A stretch of DNA of 61,576 nucleotides, filler included, from Platydemus manokwari (Eukaryota), in the NCBI GenBank assembly GCA_037951405.1. It is 5 parts of 5 records of this genome, joined end to end, with 100 filler letters (N's around TTAATTAATTAA, not from the genome) between each part and the next. Parts side by side here need not be neighbours in the genome. Positions count along the whole stretch, not along the records: positions 28,291 to 41,636 come from JBBMOY011753618.1; positions 41,737 to 52,496 come from JBBMOY011107775.1; 3 more parts are not named here. The stretch is one strand, 5' to 3'. The notes beneath the pieces are model-generated. The model made no database searches. It was not told the origin of the DNA and saw only the letters and a program-made list of their open reading frames with translations. Shown in pieces: positions 38,130 to 50,301 of the stretch. Position 1 is the stretch's first letter. The number at the start of each line of letters is the position of its first letter. A program made the position numbers and the translations under genes.

Positions 38130-38965
38130 CTAGGTTCTATCTCTGTTACTCGTTTACATCTGTATGCACGGACTATCAATGGTCCTTTCTTTTCAATTGT
38201 AAGTTAGTAGGCATCACTTTATTCAGTGTGCAGGCCTTTCTCTGCAACTTTGGAGAGATTTAGTGGTTGCCGGCTATCTACTAATACCGTTCCCCTACCT
38301 TGAACTGGCGAGGCTTTGCTTTTTTATCAAATGCTTCTTTATAGCTCTCCTGGCTATATTTGATTTGTAATCCGGCTCTTCACAAGGTGTTTGCATTCTC
38401 TCTTACATCTCCGTTTTGTAGTCCTTTTCGTCCATATATTGACATGAGGGCTGAACATACTCCATATCTATGGGCATGTTATTATCCTTTAAATACATTA
38501 GATAAAACGATGTCTCCTTTGTCATACTGTGCACCGTGTTCTTGTATGTATATAGGCACGATTCTATGTATCAATATATCTAAATTTCTTTGATTTGTGC
38601 TCGTATAAGAAGCTAACATATATTTTAAAGTATTATTAAATCTTTCTACCATGCCATCTGTCTGAGGTCTAATTGGTGATTCAACTTCATTACGTGGATT
38701 TCCCCAAATATATTGCTCAGGAAGTCCTTTTTTCTGTCTGTCAATATTTTCCCTGGTGCTCCATATCGGAACACTATCCCCTCCACGAATATCTATGTAA
38801 TCGTTGCTGCTTTATGGTTTGGTATCGCGAAAGCTTCTGGCCAACGCGCGAGATAATTAAAAAATACTAAAATGAATCTGTTTCCTTTAGTTGTCTCCGG
38901 CAATGGTCCCATAATATCCATTGTGAATTCCATTGGTTTTGGAATTATATCTATTGGCTGTAGTG
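38130..38965 (-). pseudogene. Gypsy integrase (rve core and C-terminal part), disrupted
   Basis: MDIMGPLPETTKGNRFILV; PEAFAIPNHKAATI; FRYGAPGKILTD; PQTDGMVERFNNTLKYML. Confidence 0.92.
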
Positions 38966-39663
38966 TGTTATATTGTTAAATATATCATAACAAATTTGAC
39001 ATTTTTATTCAAATATTTTTGTTATTATTTGTATTACAATTTTTTTATTTGATTTTCCACGTAATAATAATGTTTTATAAATATTGTTAAATAAGTTTTT
39101 GGTTTTGTATTTTAACTGGCTCTTAAGGGGCTTCAATAACGGGTATGAAGACCTCACTGTTGGTAAATTAAAGATTAGTATTATTAAATCAGTTGATGAC
39201 TTAGTCCTTCTTGATGACACTCAACACTGAACTGGAACGTTGTAATATTAAATTTGTCAATCAATCTCCTCAACCCAATTGACTGATATACTATAATGCA
39301 GTTTAAATTATTACGCTTAAATTATTACGTGAGTTAATTTTTATGAGTTAATTTTTATCGAACTCAAATAAGCATATACGTTTTTAAGAAATAAAACGTA
39401 ACAGTTGAAAAATTTGAACACAAAAAATGATGCAAATAGCCGGCATGTTGCCTCAGCAAGTAACCAGCAGGGTCCGAAGCGGACGGAGGAACGATCTGCA
39501 GAATAAAGAAGAGACTTTTTGGCAAAATTAAAATTAAATATTATTCATATAATTTATCAACTGTTACTAATAACAAATTATTAATAATGTGAAAAAAAAA
39601 TTCATGTGAATTATTTATTGTTAATGATGAATTAAACGTAACTATTACTAAAATGAAGTTGAG

Positions 39664-40240
39664 TGTGATGACACGAAATGAAATATCTCTTACTCAAATA
39701 TTGAATCAAAATGTTATCTTCCTATGAATAATCCTCTTAATGGTTGATTCGAGTAAGTATTTCCAAAATATCCTCTTGATCCAAATTCTTTGATCGATAC
39801 AACAATCCACTTCCAAATCAATTTATAATTCCGATAATATCACTAATGGTTGATTCGAGTGAGTGTTTTACAAAATCTCTTTTTGATTCAAATTTTTTGA
39901 TCGATATAACAATCCGCTTCAATTTATAATTCCGTTAAAATCCCTATGTGGTGTGATGTTGTGGTTGTTTGTAGTGGCTGACTCTGTTTTCAGCTCGGTA
40001 TTTATATCTCACTGTTCCGGCCTCCGACATTCCGTTAATATTTATCTGATTACAAATGTATTATATAATGTACTTTGATTAATATATTTTATTATTTATT
40101 TGTTATAACTTATTAGATATCAGTTTTTATTCTTTAATTCTTTATAAATATTTTCTTCATTATTTATTCTTATTATTTTTATTTTATTATTTATAATGTG
40201 CCAACCTCTCCTCCCCACTTTCTTCCCCCGCTCCGTTACA
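39664..40240 (-). mobile_element. Probable solo LTR containing a ~106-bp tandem duplication
   Basis: Minus strand TGTAACG...CATCACA with a TATAAA near 40000; duplicated unit starts at 39738 and 39844. No TSD found. Confidence 0.5.
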
Positions 40241-40266
40241 TTACATAATTTAATCACTGTTTATGA

Positions 40267-40638
40267 ATGTCAACATCACAAAAGTTTATAAAGATTATTC
40301 AACAATGATACACAAAAGTTTTATAAGAATCATTCATTTACAAATACCAATATAACAATAAAGATTTTTTACACAAGAGTAATATAATTTTCAATATCAA
40401 TAGTTATTAATTGTCAAATAATCAATGCGACTCGACTTAAGCTAGATTGGATTGGGGATTCGGTTTCGGCTAAGTTGATGCGTCCATAGTCAAAGGCATT
40501 CTGTTCTTCGAAAGGCTTTATTTTGTATTATTCTATGCGTGCTACTTATGTATATTTTTTATGTACATGTACACTCGGTGGTGAATATAATTATATATAT
40601 ATATATTGTGGTGTAAGCATTGGGTGGGGATCCCAACA
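40267..40638 (-). mobile_element. LTR-like fragment
   Basis: Minus strand TGTTGGGATC...GTTGACA; related to 29512 copy; no TSD found. Confidence 0.45.
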
Positions 40639-41098
40639 ATATCAGCTGTTGGAGTTAATGTTACTGTTGGAATATACTACGTTTTTAGATTTTCCATAAT
40701 ATTTAAAGTCTGAATGTTTTTAAAAGTTTCATCATTAATCTAGCATTTTGGCTTTGTCAGTTTTATGTTATTATTTTTAATATAGTTTTGTTGGGGTTTT
40801 GGCCAAACTAGTTACTTAAAAACAATTGATTTACATTGAAAAATGTGTGCATGACAGTACGTATGAAATGTGTATTAATTTTTACTGTATTAATTTTTAT
40901 TTTAATCAATGTGTATTTTTATGACCCTCGCATTCTGGAGCGAAGACCTGTTTAAAATATTTATATTTATAATAATCATTATTTATATACGTAAAATAAT
41001 TTTTCCAATAAAATCCCCAATTGAAAACCTGTCGAAATCCTCTAAAATAATAAATTGATTTATAAAATATTAACACGCAATGAGACATCGCGCATTAA

Positions 41099-41348
41099 CA
41101 GCGAAAAATTAATTATCATCTGTTTCTGCGCATGAAAATTCTGTAGCAGAATAAAATATATCACTCGATTAAATTTAATAGAGAGATATTTTCTCTGCCT
41201 AATAAATTTTTTCAGAGAGAATTTCTCTCACTTTAAAATTAAATTTAGTCGCAGATAATATCTGCGAGTGATTCACTGCTTATAAGGCAGTGATTTCAAT
41301 CAACATCGACACTATTAGACACAATTTTTTGGACATAATTCTTCGCTG
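41099..41348. mobile_element. MITE with multiple internal palindromes, TTAA-flanked
   Basis: TTAA-CAGCGAAAAATTA...TAATTCTTCGCTG-TTAA; internal TCGCAGAT/ATCTGCGA and CACTGCTT/AGGCAGTG stems. Confidence 0.7.
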
Positions 41349-41636
41349 TTAATTGATGTTACTATCGCTGCCTGACATTGCATCAATTAGAGAAGAACCA
41401 TCGTTTAACTTCGACGCACTCAAGAAAATCGTCTGGTGCAGAAGATTAATTGTTCCTGTATATGCCCGGCATTTGCTGAAGACCCAAAGTAAGACCATAC
41501 CTGTAAAATCATAATCAATATTATATACCGTATTTCGCTTTACCGTCATACTATAGAGATGTGTCTCAAAACATCTTAAAGGTAAAGGTTCGGCTTCTAG
41601 AGTTGAAGTTTGCAACCGTTTTCTTTCCAGAAGTTG

Positions 41637-41736
41637 NNNNNNNNNNNNNNNNNNNNNNNNNNNNNNNNNNNNNNNNNNNNTTAATTAATTAANNNNNNNN
41701 NNNNNNNNNNNNNNNNNNNNNNNNNNNNNNNNNNNN
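41637..41736. other. Artificial contig linker
   Basis: 44 N + TTAATTAATTAA + 44 N. Confidence 0.97.
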
Positions 41737-43288
41737 AAAATTAATACTATTTATTTTCAATATATTTTAGTATCAAAAGAAATTAATTAAAAAGAAATTA
41801 ATCTCTTTAAATTAATTTTTAAATCAGAAAAAACAGTGAGGAAAACCTATAAATTGTCTAAGTCAGTTAAAGATATATTTAAATATTACAAATTTTTATT
41901 TCTAATTTTCCAATCTTAAATAATCCATAAAAATATTTGATTACCGATTTATCTGAATGGAATATGAAATCTGCTGTTAATGAAGGATCCTTACTTTCAA
42001 AAACTTAATTCGAATAGTATAAGTCAAATTGTTTTTATTTGTGATTTATAAATGGATTCATAAATGTTTGGTCAAACATACTTTGAAGTCCCGAATTCTG
42101 ATCTAAAAATGCATATAACATTTATTAAAATATTAATTAATTAAAATTATTCGAAAATTTCAAAACTTATTTTACAAAGTTTTGTGAATTCTTAACCTGG
42201 CTTTGTTACCAATAAGTACATGATATTAACTGAGGTCAATAGTCACTAAAATGGAGAAACGAAAAACAATGCCAAACATAGATAATGATATCATGATTTT
42301 TTCGAAAAATCAGATTAGTTTATTTCACAATGAAATCAACTCAAGACAAGACAGCACCTGAAAGTTGAATACAGAACAGAAAACAACCAAGAAAACAAAT
42401 TGTCAGAAAAATATTACAAAAGTCACAGAACAGAACGTAGGTTACCGACCAATAAAGACTGGTAGTTGATCGTGAAATTTTGATATTTTTATAGGCTTAT
42501 AGTGTGTGTCCACTTGATGTCCCAGAACTTCGTTTTTCATTTGATAAATTCTTTCATACGTCGATATGTTAGTAGATTATCTTGCATGTCTCGTGCCACT
42601 GCCTTTTGTTGGTGTGCGCCACTCAATTATTGACTTCTCAAAACGTATTGATAAATAGAAGAAATCTTAGTGGCTATTCAATCTGTGTGTATCAACCTTT
42701 GAGGATTATTTCCATGGTTTCCGTGAACATTTTGATTGTTTTCGTGACCTACTTTATATAAATATAGTGACATAAACTTACGCAGATAATTAAATTAAAT
42801 TATTTGAATGGTTAGGCTGGGTTCAATCTATATAAATCAAGGATCATATAAATTTATCATTGCAATTATTATTACTGTAGTATTATTACTTCTTCATATC
42901 ATTTTTACAGGTTGCGTATAATTAATTTTAGAATAATTAGAAATAATACTTCAAAACTATAAAATAATAAACTTAATCTTTTCAAGTCAAAGTCAACCTT
43001 GCTTTAAAATCCAGAAAAATGGTGAAAACAATTGTATCAAATCGAATTATATGCATGTATATATATATTAAAGAGGAGATGTTTATCATTTTAAATAAAT
43101 CACAATCATAGAAATATCTGAGTATTTTCAATAATAAATTTAAACAAAACAGCGGAAAATGTGACTGACTTACTGGTAATCATTATTAATGTTTCCAATT
43201 TAAAGTTTTGAAAGATTAGCTAAGGAATTGAATTGAATTTTCAAATTTAAATCAATAATTACGAATAAACTTTGAGCGAATATAATAA

Positions 43289-46200
43289 ATGTCAGAAAGT
43301 AAATACAGAAAAGGAAGACAAAATTCCTTTTATGAACAGCAGCAACCACAACAACAACATCCAATCTTGGCAGTGAAAAATCGATTTTGGTTGAAGGAAT
43401 TAATAAAAGAAGCCATTAAAAACAGCACATTTAGTTCGAAATTAATTGAAGAATATTATTTAGAAATATCAATTCCATACGTAAAGAATGTTTTAAGAGG
43501 AAGTCTCCTTCTGCTTATTACGTATTTATATCTCACAATTTACTGGACATCAACATACAATCCAATGAAAACATATACATTGCTCGGTCAAATTTCGACG
43601 TTATACATCCTTCTGATGTGTTTTACATGGACGCTATTCATCGAGACAAACAGAAACCATGTCAGGATATCATTAGTTGCCTTGCTAACTGTAGTTTTAC
43701 AGAATATGCTTACAAGTTATGACATCAACAGTAAAATGGAGATCAATTACAGTCCAATATTGCAAATGATAATCCTGGTTTTTAATTTCATTCCTTTGAA
43801 TTTTGCTGCCGCCATTTCCATATCACTGCTGACCATTTGTTTCCTTATATTAGCCACAATGATGAGAATCTCTATTTTAAAAATAACTGACAAGCGAGTT
43901 CTTCAAAGTAACACAAGCATTTTCAAAGCATTAACAGACAACCCGGTGTTGCCAAGTGATTTCGATATGATAAGTTATGTTGGAGGACAAGTTTTCCTTT
44001 GGATCGCAGCGTACCTAGCATCATTTTATATGTTCACGTGTAATCGACTGTGGAGACAATCAGCATTTGTTACTCTCGGCGAAAATGTGCAGGCTAAAAG
44101 AAAATGTAAGCACGCAATGAAAGGTCAATTAAGATGGATTGAAGCGATAATGCCGGCAGTAGTTAAGGATGAATACTGGTCTCATAGTCTCGATGTTAAA
44201 GCAAATAAATGGGTCTATATTAAGGCATTTGAAAATGTTAGTATTTTGTTTGCTGACATTGTTGGATTCACGAACATGAGTTCCAATAAAACGGCGCCTC
44301 AAGTTGTGACATTGCTGAATGACTTATTCAATAGATTCGACGAATTATGTAATATCACGAATTGCGAGAAATTAGGAACTCTAGGTGATTGTTACTACTG
44401 TGTTGCTGGATGTCCTATTCCTAGACCAGATCATGCAGTATCTTGCACAGAAATGGGTTTAGGTATGTGTCGCATTATTAAACAGTTCAATAACGATCAT
44501 AAAGAAAATGTCAATATGAGAGTTGGTATTCACACCGGTCGGGTTAATGCTGCAATTATAGGAAAACAGAGATTTCGATTCGATGTATTTTCCAATGATG
44601 TCATCATCGCCAATACAATGGAATCCAGCGGAAAACCAGGCCAAGTTCATATTTCCCAATCGGTTTACGAACTAATTCGACATGCATACAATGTGGAACC
44701 GGGAGAGGATTTGGAAGTCAAACGTGAAGAAGATCATGGAATTGCAGGAACAATATTGAAAAAATCGGCTATAAAAACATATTTCGTAGATCCAAATTCA
44801 TCTCATTTAAAAAAGAAAGGAGAAAAGTTTGGTAAAAAGGGAGAATTTCATGTGATGGATGTCAGAACTGACAATGAAGACTCGGATTCGGAATCGGATT
44901 TTGGTGATGATAGAGATGATAGTTCTGATATGCAACAGGATCGAATAAGCTTTCATAAAAAATCGTATATGGCCAGAATCGATGAGGAGGTCGCGTTTAT
45001 TGAGACATTGCGCTACGATCCCGATCAACAAGTGATTTGTTTCTATGAACCTCCAATAAATATTATAACTCTAATGTTTTATGATAAAGAAGTCGAATGG
45101 CACTTTCAAAACCACACTATCGATCATGTACAAAGCTTGTCATTATATTCAGCTAAGTTGGCACCGATAGTTGAATGTATTGTATCAATAGTTTGCTTGA
45201 TCTTCATTTGTTGTGCTGTGATCCTGTTCTTTCATTTGGATATGGATTCTGTAAAAAACAGTAATTCCGTATTAGGCCTGTTTGGTTTAACTATATCTCT
45301 GACAATCATAGAATTTTGGAAAGCATCAACATATCTAAGTCTGTTATCAAAGAAATTCGAAAAGGTTTTCTACTCATTACTATCTCATCAATTCTATAGA
45401 TCAATTTTTTGTATCTACATGACAATGCTCCCCAGCATTATGTGTTTTACGATGCTTTACAATTGTCATCGATATACGAATGAATATTATTTTCAAGCTC
45501 GATATTTTAGTCTGAATCTTTTCTCTCTTGTAATCGGATCATTGTTTGTTTCGGCTTGGTCGTGGGTGAAAATTGTCGCTTTAGGGATGAATTTCACACA
45601 GTCAATACTTTTTGGAGTATTTCTCACTTGTACATCAGATGACAACAAACAACCTTTAATGCCTTTTTATACATGTTTAGGGGAAATGAAACTTAGTCGA
45701 AGAATATATAGTGATCTTTTGCTGAGAGAGTATTTCTATCAGTATTTATTTACCTTCATAATTCTCATGGCATTGATACGGGAGCGAGAAAGAAATTTGA
45801 GGATTTGGTTTTACGTTTCCAGGGAAGCTGAAATCGGTAGAGAAGAAGCATTGAGAGCAATGCAAAGTTCTCAGGAACTTTTGTATAATATCATACCAAA
45901 ATATGTTTTCGAATATGTCCGACAAAAAGGTGGCGAAAATTTAGAGTTTACAAGCTTCAATTATGCTGTAGCTATACCTAAGGCGGCTGTTGTTTTTGCA
46001 TGCATTAGCAATTTCTTTTCGAAATACTACCGAGAAGACTACAAAGGCGGAGGGAATGCCTTGAAATTACTGCACGATATCATCACAAAATTCGACCAGA
46101 TTCTCATGAATCGAGAATACAAAGATGTGGAGAAAATCAAAACAATAAATGATTGTTACATGTTGGCATCGGGTCTCAATATGTCTGAAGTGGAATTGAA

Positions 46201-46570
46201 TGCAAACAAACAAGAGCATTTGAAAGCTTTGATGAATTACGCTTTCGAGATGCAGAAAATTCTCGAGAATTTCAATGAATTGTACATAATTGGCACTGAT
46301 AAATTTGAGATCAAAATTGGTTACAATTTCGGTCCAGTCACAGCAGGTATTATTGGATCGACAAAACCAATGTATGATATTTGGGGTGACACAGTAAATG
46401 TGTCGAGTAGAATGTATTCAACAGGAAAACCGGGAGAAATCCAAACACCACATTACGTTGCTGATGAGTTAAAGAATGATTTTGTATTTAAGTACAGGGG
46501 TATTATTTTCGTCAAGGGAAAAGGAGATATGCAGACCTATTTATGTTTACATCCAATCAAGAAAAAGTAA
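43289..46570 (+). CDS. ADCY9: Membrane adenylate cyclase, type 9-like, intronless CDS (1093 aa)
   Basis: TM block-C1a-TM block-C2a. C1a SILFADIVGFTNMSS and CEKLGTLGDCYY (both metal Asp), RFDVFSNDV; C2a VEKIKT and YDIWGDTVNVSSRM (K, D, N, R for ATP use). TLGDCYY and SNDV forms point to AC9. Confidence 0.95.
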   Translation: MSESKYRKGRQNSFYEQQQPQQQHPILAVKNRFWLKELIKEAIKNSTFSSKLIEEYYLEISIPYVKNVLRGSLLLLITYLYLTIYWTSTYNPMKTYTLLGQISTLYILLMCFTWTLFIETNRNHVRISLVALLTVVLQNMLTSYDINSKMEINYSPILQMIILVFNFIPLNFAAAISISLLTICFLILATMMRISILKITDKRVLQSNTSIFKALTDNPVLPSDFDMISYVGGQVFLWIAAYLASFYMFTCNRLWRQSAFVTLGENVQAKRKCKHAMKGQLRWIEAIMPAVVKDEYWSHSLDVKANKWVYIKAFENVSILFADIVGFTNMSSNKTAPQVVTLLNDLFNRFDELCNITNCEKLGTLGDCYYCVAGCPIPRPDHAVSCTEMGLGMCRIIKQFNNDHKENVNMRVGIHTGRVNAAIIGKQRFRFDVFSNDVIIANTMESSGKPGQVHISQSVYELIRHAYNVEPGEDLEVKREEDHGIAGTILKKSAIKTYFVDPNSSHLKKKGEKFGKKGEFHVMDVRTDNEDSDSESDFGDDRDDSSDMQQDRISFHKKSYMARIDEEVAFIETLRYDPDQQVICFYEPPINIITLMFYDKEVEWHFQNHTIDHVQSLSLYSAKLAPIVECIVSIVCLIFICCAVILFFHLDMDSVKNSNSVLGLFGLTISLTIIEFWKASTYLSLLSKKFEKVFYSLLSHQFYRSIFCIYMTMLPSIMCFTMLYNCHRYTNEYYFQARYFSLNLFSLVIGSLFVSAWSWVKIVALGMNFTQSILFGVFLTCTSDDNKQPLMPFYTCLGEMKLSRRIYSDLLLREYFYQYLFTFIILMALIRERERNLRIWFYVSREAEIGREEALRAMQSSQELLYNIIPKYVFEYVRQKGGENLEFTSFNYAVAIPKAAVVFACISNFFSKYYREDYKGGGNALKLLHDIITKFDQILMNREYKDVEKIKTINDCYMLASGLNMSEVELNANKQEHLKALMNYAFEMQKILENFNELYIIGTDKFEIKIGYNFGPVTAGIIGSTKPMYDIWGDTVNVSSRMYSTGKPGEIQTPHYVADELKNDFVFKYRGIIFVKGKGDMQTYLCLHPIKKK

Positions 46571-49427
46571 AAGTATTTGGAGAATTAATTATATGTTCAG
46601 ATATGTTTTAGATAGAATCACTATTATGAAAGCTTTTAATAATAATAGCCTATTATAGAATTCTCTAGGAAATATATTAAATTAATTATATTGTTAATTA
46701 TATTGTTATTGGTTTATTTATATTTATTTATATTTATTTTTCTGATAATATAGTATTATAAAACTATTATCATTCTTATAATAATTATTATATTTCTTAT
46801 GTTAATACTTTGATGTCGATAAGGTTAAATTATTGAACACCAGTTTATTCCTCCTAGAAACAAATGTTAAAAATAAAATAATGAAAATGTTGCCTAATAA
46901 AATATAACATACCCTTATAAATAATAAGTGACCTTTAATAAAATGCCAAGACAAAACAATATAAATAAGCAAAGATAACTTAATAAGCCGCTCAATTTAA
47001 ACCACTAGTTAAGTACCCAGTTAGACAAACCATTGGGTTTTATTATAATTATTTCAATTTAATTATAATGTTTATTTTACTGTAGAATGCTGAGTATAAA
47101 TGGAATTCTGATCCTCAACACAGAATGATCTTCATGATCGATTTTCTTACGTAACAACTGTGTATGAAATAACTGTGACTGCTACCTTACATAGACATCA
47201 ATGAGTCACTCTTAGAAGTTCTCTACGATTATTTATTTAAGGCCGTGTATGTATATTTTATGTACATGAATTTGTAACAGAGAAATATTCTCAGCAATTA
47301 AATTTATTCTGCGCGATTATTTTATAAACAGCTGGAATTTATTAGCTCGATAACTAATGATTTTAATAATTATGAGGTAAATTTAATGGGTTTTATTTAT
47401 TAATATAAAATTATTGATAACCCAAAACACCAACAGTTCATTCGAATATTTCCCATCTTTAGAGCATAAGGTCAAAAACCTTGAAGCAGTTTACGTCTTG
47501 AAGTTGTTTATGTCTATGTGTTTTTATACAAAATTGTTTATGTTGATATTAAATTTTCAGTATTATTGTTGTCTTCAAAATATATTGTGTATTAAATCAG
47601 TGTTATTTATTGATTGAGAAAAATAAGGTTCATTTCGCTTGTCTAATATAAATCATTCATAATCACCGCAAAACGAGGTTCATAAAGTGCAGCAATAAAT
47701 TGGACTGGTAACAAAAGGAGCATACTTGTGCGACTCCCACGATCTCCACATTATAGGTAGAGTGCTAAGTGAAAACAATAACGTTAGGATTGTTACATCT
47801 AAGTTTTGATAATAACTTACAGAGACTGATCATAACGAAATTATTGAAACAAGGAAAAAGAAAATAAAAGGAAAAGTCAATAGGATCAAAACGTATCAAA
47901 GCATAAATACTGAATCACAATAAGAAAAGATTTGATGTGGCAATCTTGATTTTCATTTTATGGCTGATGTTCTAAATTTTTATCCAAAAGTTTTGGTTGG
48001 AAACTTGTTGATATATTAAAATGTTTGTACAGTTTTGTATGAGTACGTTTTCAAATAAAACAATGATTTAACACATCACATTAACACCAGACAATCATTG
48101 GTACCAGAAGATATCATCGGGATCAAATCGTTCACAGAATAAAATTTCCCGTTCATTTAACGTACTACAGGTTAATTTGGCAGGCCCGTTCAAGATTTTG
48201 TTTGGAATTTCTATGCATGCGATTGAAAGAATCAAGTCAACTTGATTAGATCATCAAGGAAACAGAAAGCCATATCAAATCAGAATAAATTTGAGGTTAC
48301 AAAATTGAGAATATTTGAGACAGAGAGAAGGTGGAGTCGAATTTCTTACATTTGTGGAAAAAAGCTTTATTAAAGAAAAGCTCACACGACAACGAAAAAC
48401 AGATAAAATGATTCAATTATTAATTTATTATATTGTTTTGATAAGTTTATTATCAATTTGAAAGAACAGAGTCCTTAAAATTTCAATGTAAGACTTCAAA
48501 GTATAAGACCGCAGGATTTTAAAGAACTATTGAGACTTATCCCTCAATTTCGAATCAACGGATTCGATTAAAATTATGTTTTCATTAAACTTCGTTCAAA
48601 CAAAGTTCAAACTGTCAAGTCAGTCGAGCTTAGCAATGAACTTGATAATATTATTATTATATGATTATCATCATAAAATCAGACGTACATAAATCATCGA
48701 TTTATTTTATATGAGACGGAAGAATCTGATAGAAGGAAGGCTATTTAAGTTCTGAATGTAAGCAAGAGAATTAATATTTTCTTCTATAATCTCTAGCGGC
48801 TTATTAAAAGAGCAAACCTTAATTGTAGAGATAAACAAAATCAGAAGTATATTAACTTTAGGAATTTCTATTAAAATCCTCATTTAAATTTTATTTTCAA
48901 ATTCTGCAAACTATTCTGTCTTGTATCTAATTTCTAGCTAGATAAATGAGTTTCTCTTCAAAAGGATTTATTCAAATCGTCCTCTATGTTTAGTATATTA
49001 ATATATCTAGTTTCATTGATCCATAGATGATAACTATCTTTGCAGAACGAAAAGTTTTCACCCATTAAAATAACACAATTTTATAATGATTTTATACTCT
49101 ACTTTGGTAAACAAAGCTTCCAAAAACAGATTATAATTCAACTTGATATCATGCAAATATATCAAGACATAAAAAAATAGATCAAGACATTAAACAGAAC
49201 CTCTTATTTATTTCGTATATTTAAATAAATAACGTCGACATAATTCGAAAAAAATTCAATATTTTATTAAAATAAAAATAATATTATTATTGGAATTATC
49301 AATTCATTCAAAATGTTGTTTTACTAACTCAATTTCTTCTACAAAAATCATTGTTGTAATAATTATCTTACCAAATGATCTCTATCATTTCCAGTAACAA
49401 ATCATTCAATTATTCCTTGGTACACTA

Positions 49428-50301
49428 ATGGAATTAGAGAGTATTGTAGCGAATACCGTCTATATAAAAGCCAAAGAAAGTACATGATATTAATATTACC
49501 ATATATATGCCATCTAGATATTTATTTATCCATTAAAACCATTCAGGCGGATACGGAAAGGATAAAGGTCGCAGTAGAAAATGGAAAGAAATTCTCAAAT
49601 TTCCCCATATTTCTCAATGTATAGATCTTGCAGAGAAATTAACGGGTATTTGTGTTTTATTCTATTTTTTGTTTTTTTGTTTTTTTCTAAAATATCTTTT
49701 AGATATTTCTTTCAATTATATTGTCATGAATCAACCAATTGGCAATCGATTGTTTTGGGAATTTTGTAAATCGAAAGAAAATCTCAAAGATTTGGTGATT
49801 TTCCTCGACAAAGTGGTACGTATATTAATATTGAATATCATTTCCTTCGGAAGATCAATTGTTTTTATCCGTTATTTTTATAGGAAACGTTTGATCTGTC
49901 TTTGGCAGAAGACCGAAAATCCATTGCGGGCACAATTTTGTTGAATCATTTCGGAGTTAATGTGAGGATTTTTTATTTTTCTCAAAAGATTCCCATTATC
50001 ACAGCCTTGTTTGGTTCGTTAAGATGAATAAGTTTCTTCCAGAAATTGTTGATAATAAATTGCTTAAATCTATTGAAATGAAATTGAGACAAATCGATGA
50101 TGTGAAAAATGAAGTGGAAAAGGATTTGTTTGACAAAGTGACAGAGTGATTTCTTTTTTTTTATTTAAGCTCAAATTTTATTGAGACCTTTTTACAATTC
50201 TCATAAAGGGCAGTCAGGAACCATTTAAGGAAACAACCTTTCAATGACTTCCTCGATTCTATTTATTACAAAAGATATCTCCAATGGAAATGGCTTGAAA
50301 T
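49428..50301 (+). CDS. G protein-coupled receptor kinase, GRK4/5/6 subfamily, exons 1-6 (N-terminus and RH domain); kinase exons not in this contig
   Basis: Exons 49428-49479, 49547-49645, 49703-49815, 49884-49961, 50024-50145, 50209-50301: [60 protein letters not shown]. Confidence 0.93.

Larger units (their letters stand above)
34706..38965 (-). mobile_element. 5'-truncated, decayed Gypsy-type LTR retrotransposon with two accessory ORFs
   Basis: Minus-strand order: integrase, accessory ORF A, accessory ORF B, purine tract GAGGAGGCAAA, LTR. Confidence 0.85.

Noticed and set aside
39738-39945. CRISPR-like array (also 60151-60447, 32275-32420)
   Set aside because: Whole-unit tandem duplications or transposon motifs without unique spacers; eukaryotic context and no cas genes.
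11476-42300. Stop-codon reassignment explaining in-frame stops in relics
   Set aside because: Intact genes end in TAA, TAG and TGA and have no internal stops; the relics also have frameshifts.
49428-50301. Kinase-less, RH-only GRK
   Set aside because: Exon 6 ends at a normal GTAAGT donor and the contig ends 2.2 kb later; the missing exons are most simply elsewhere.
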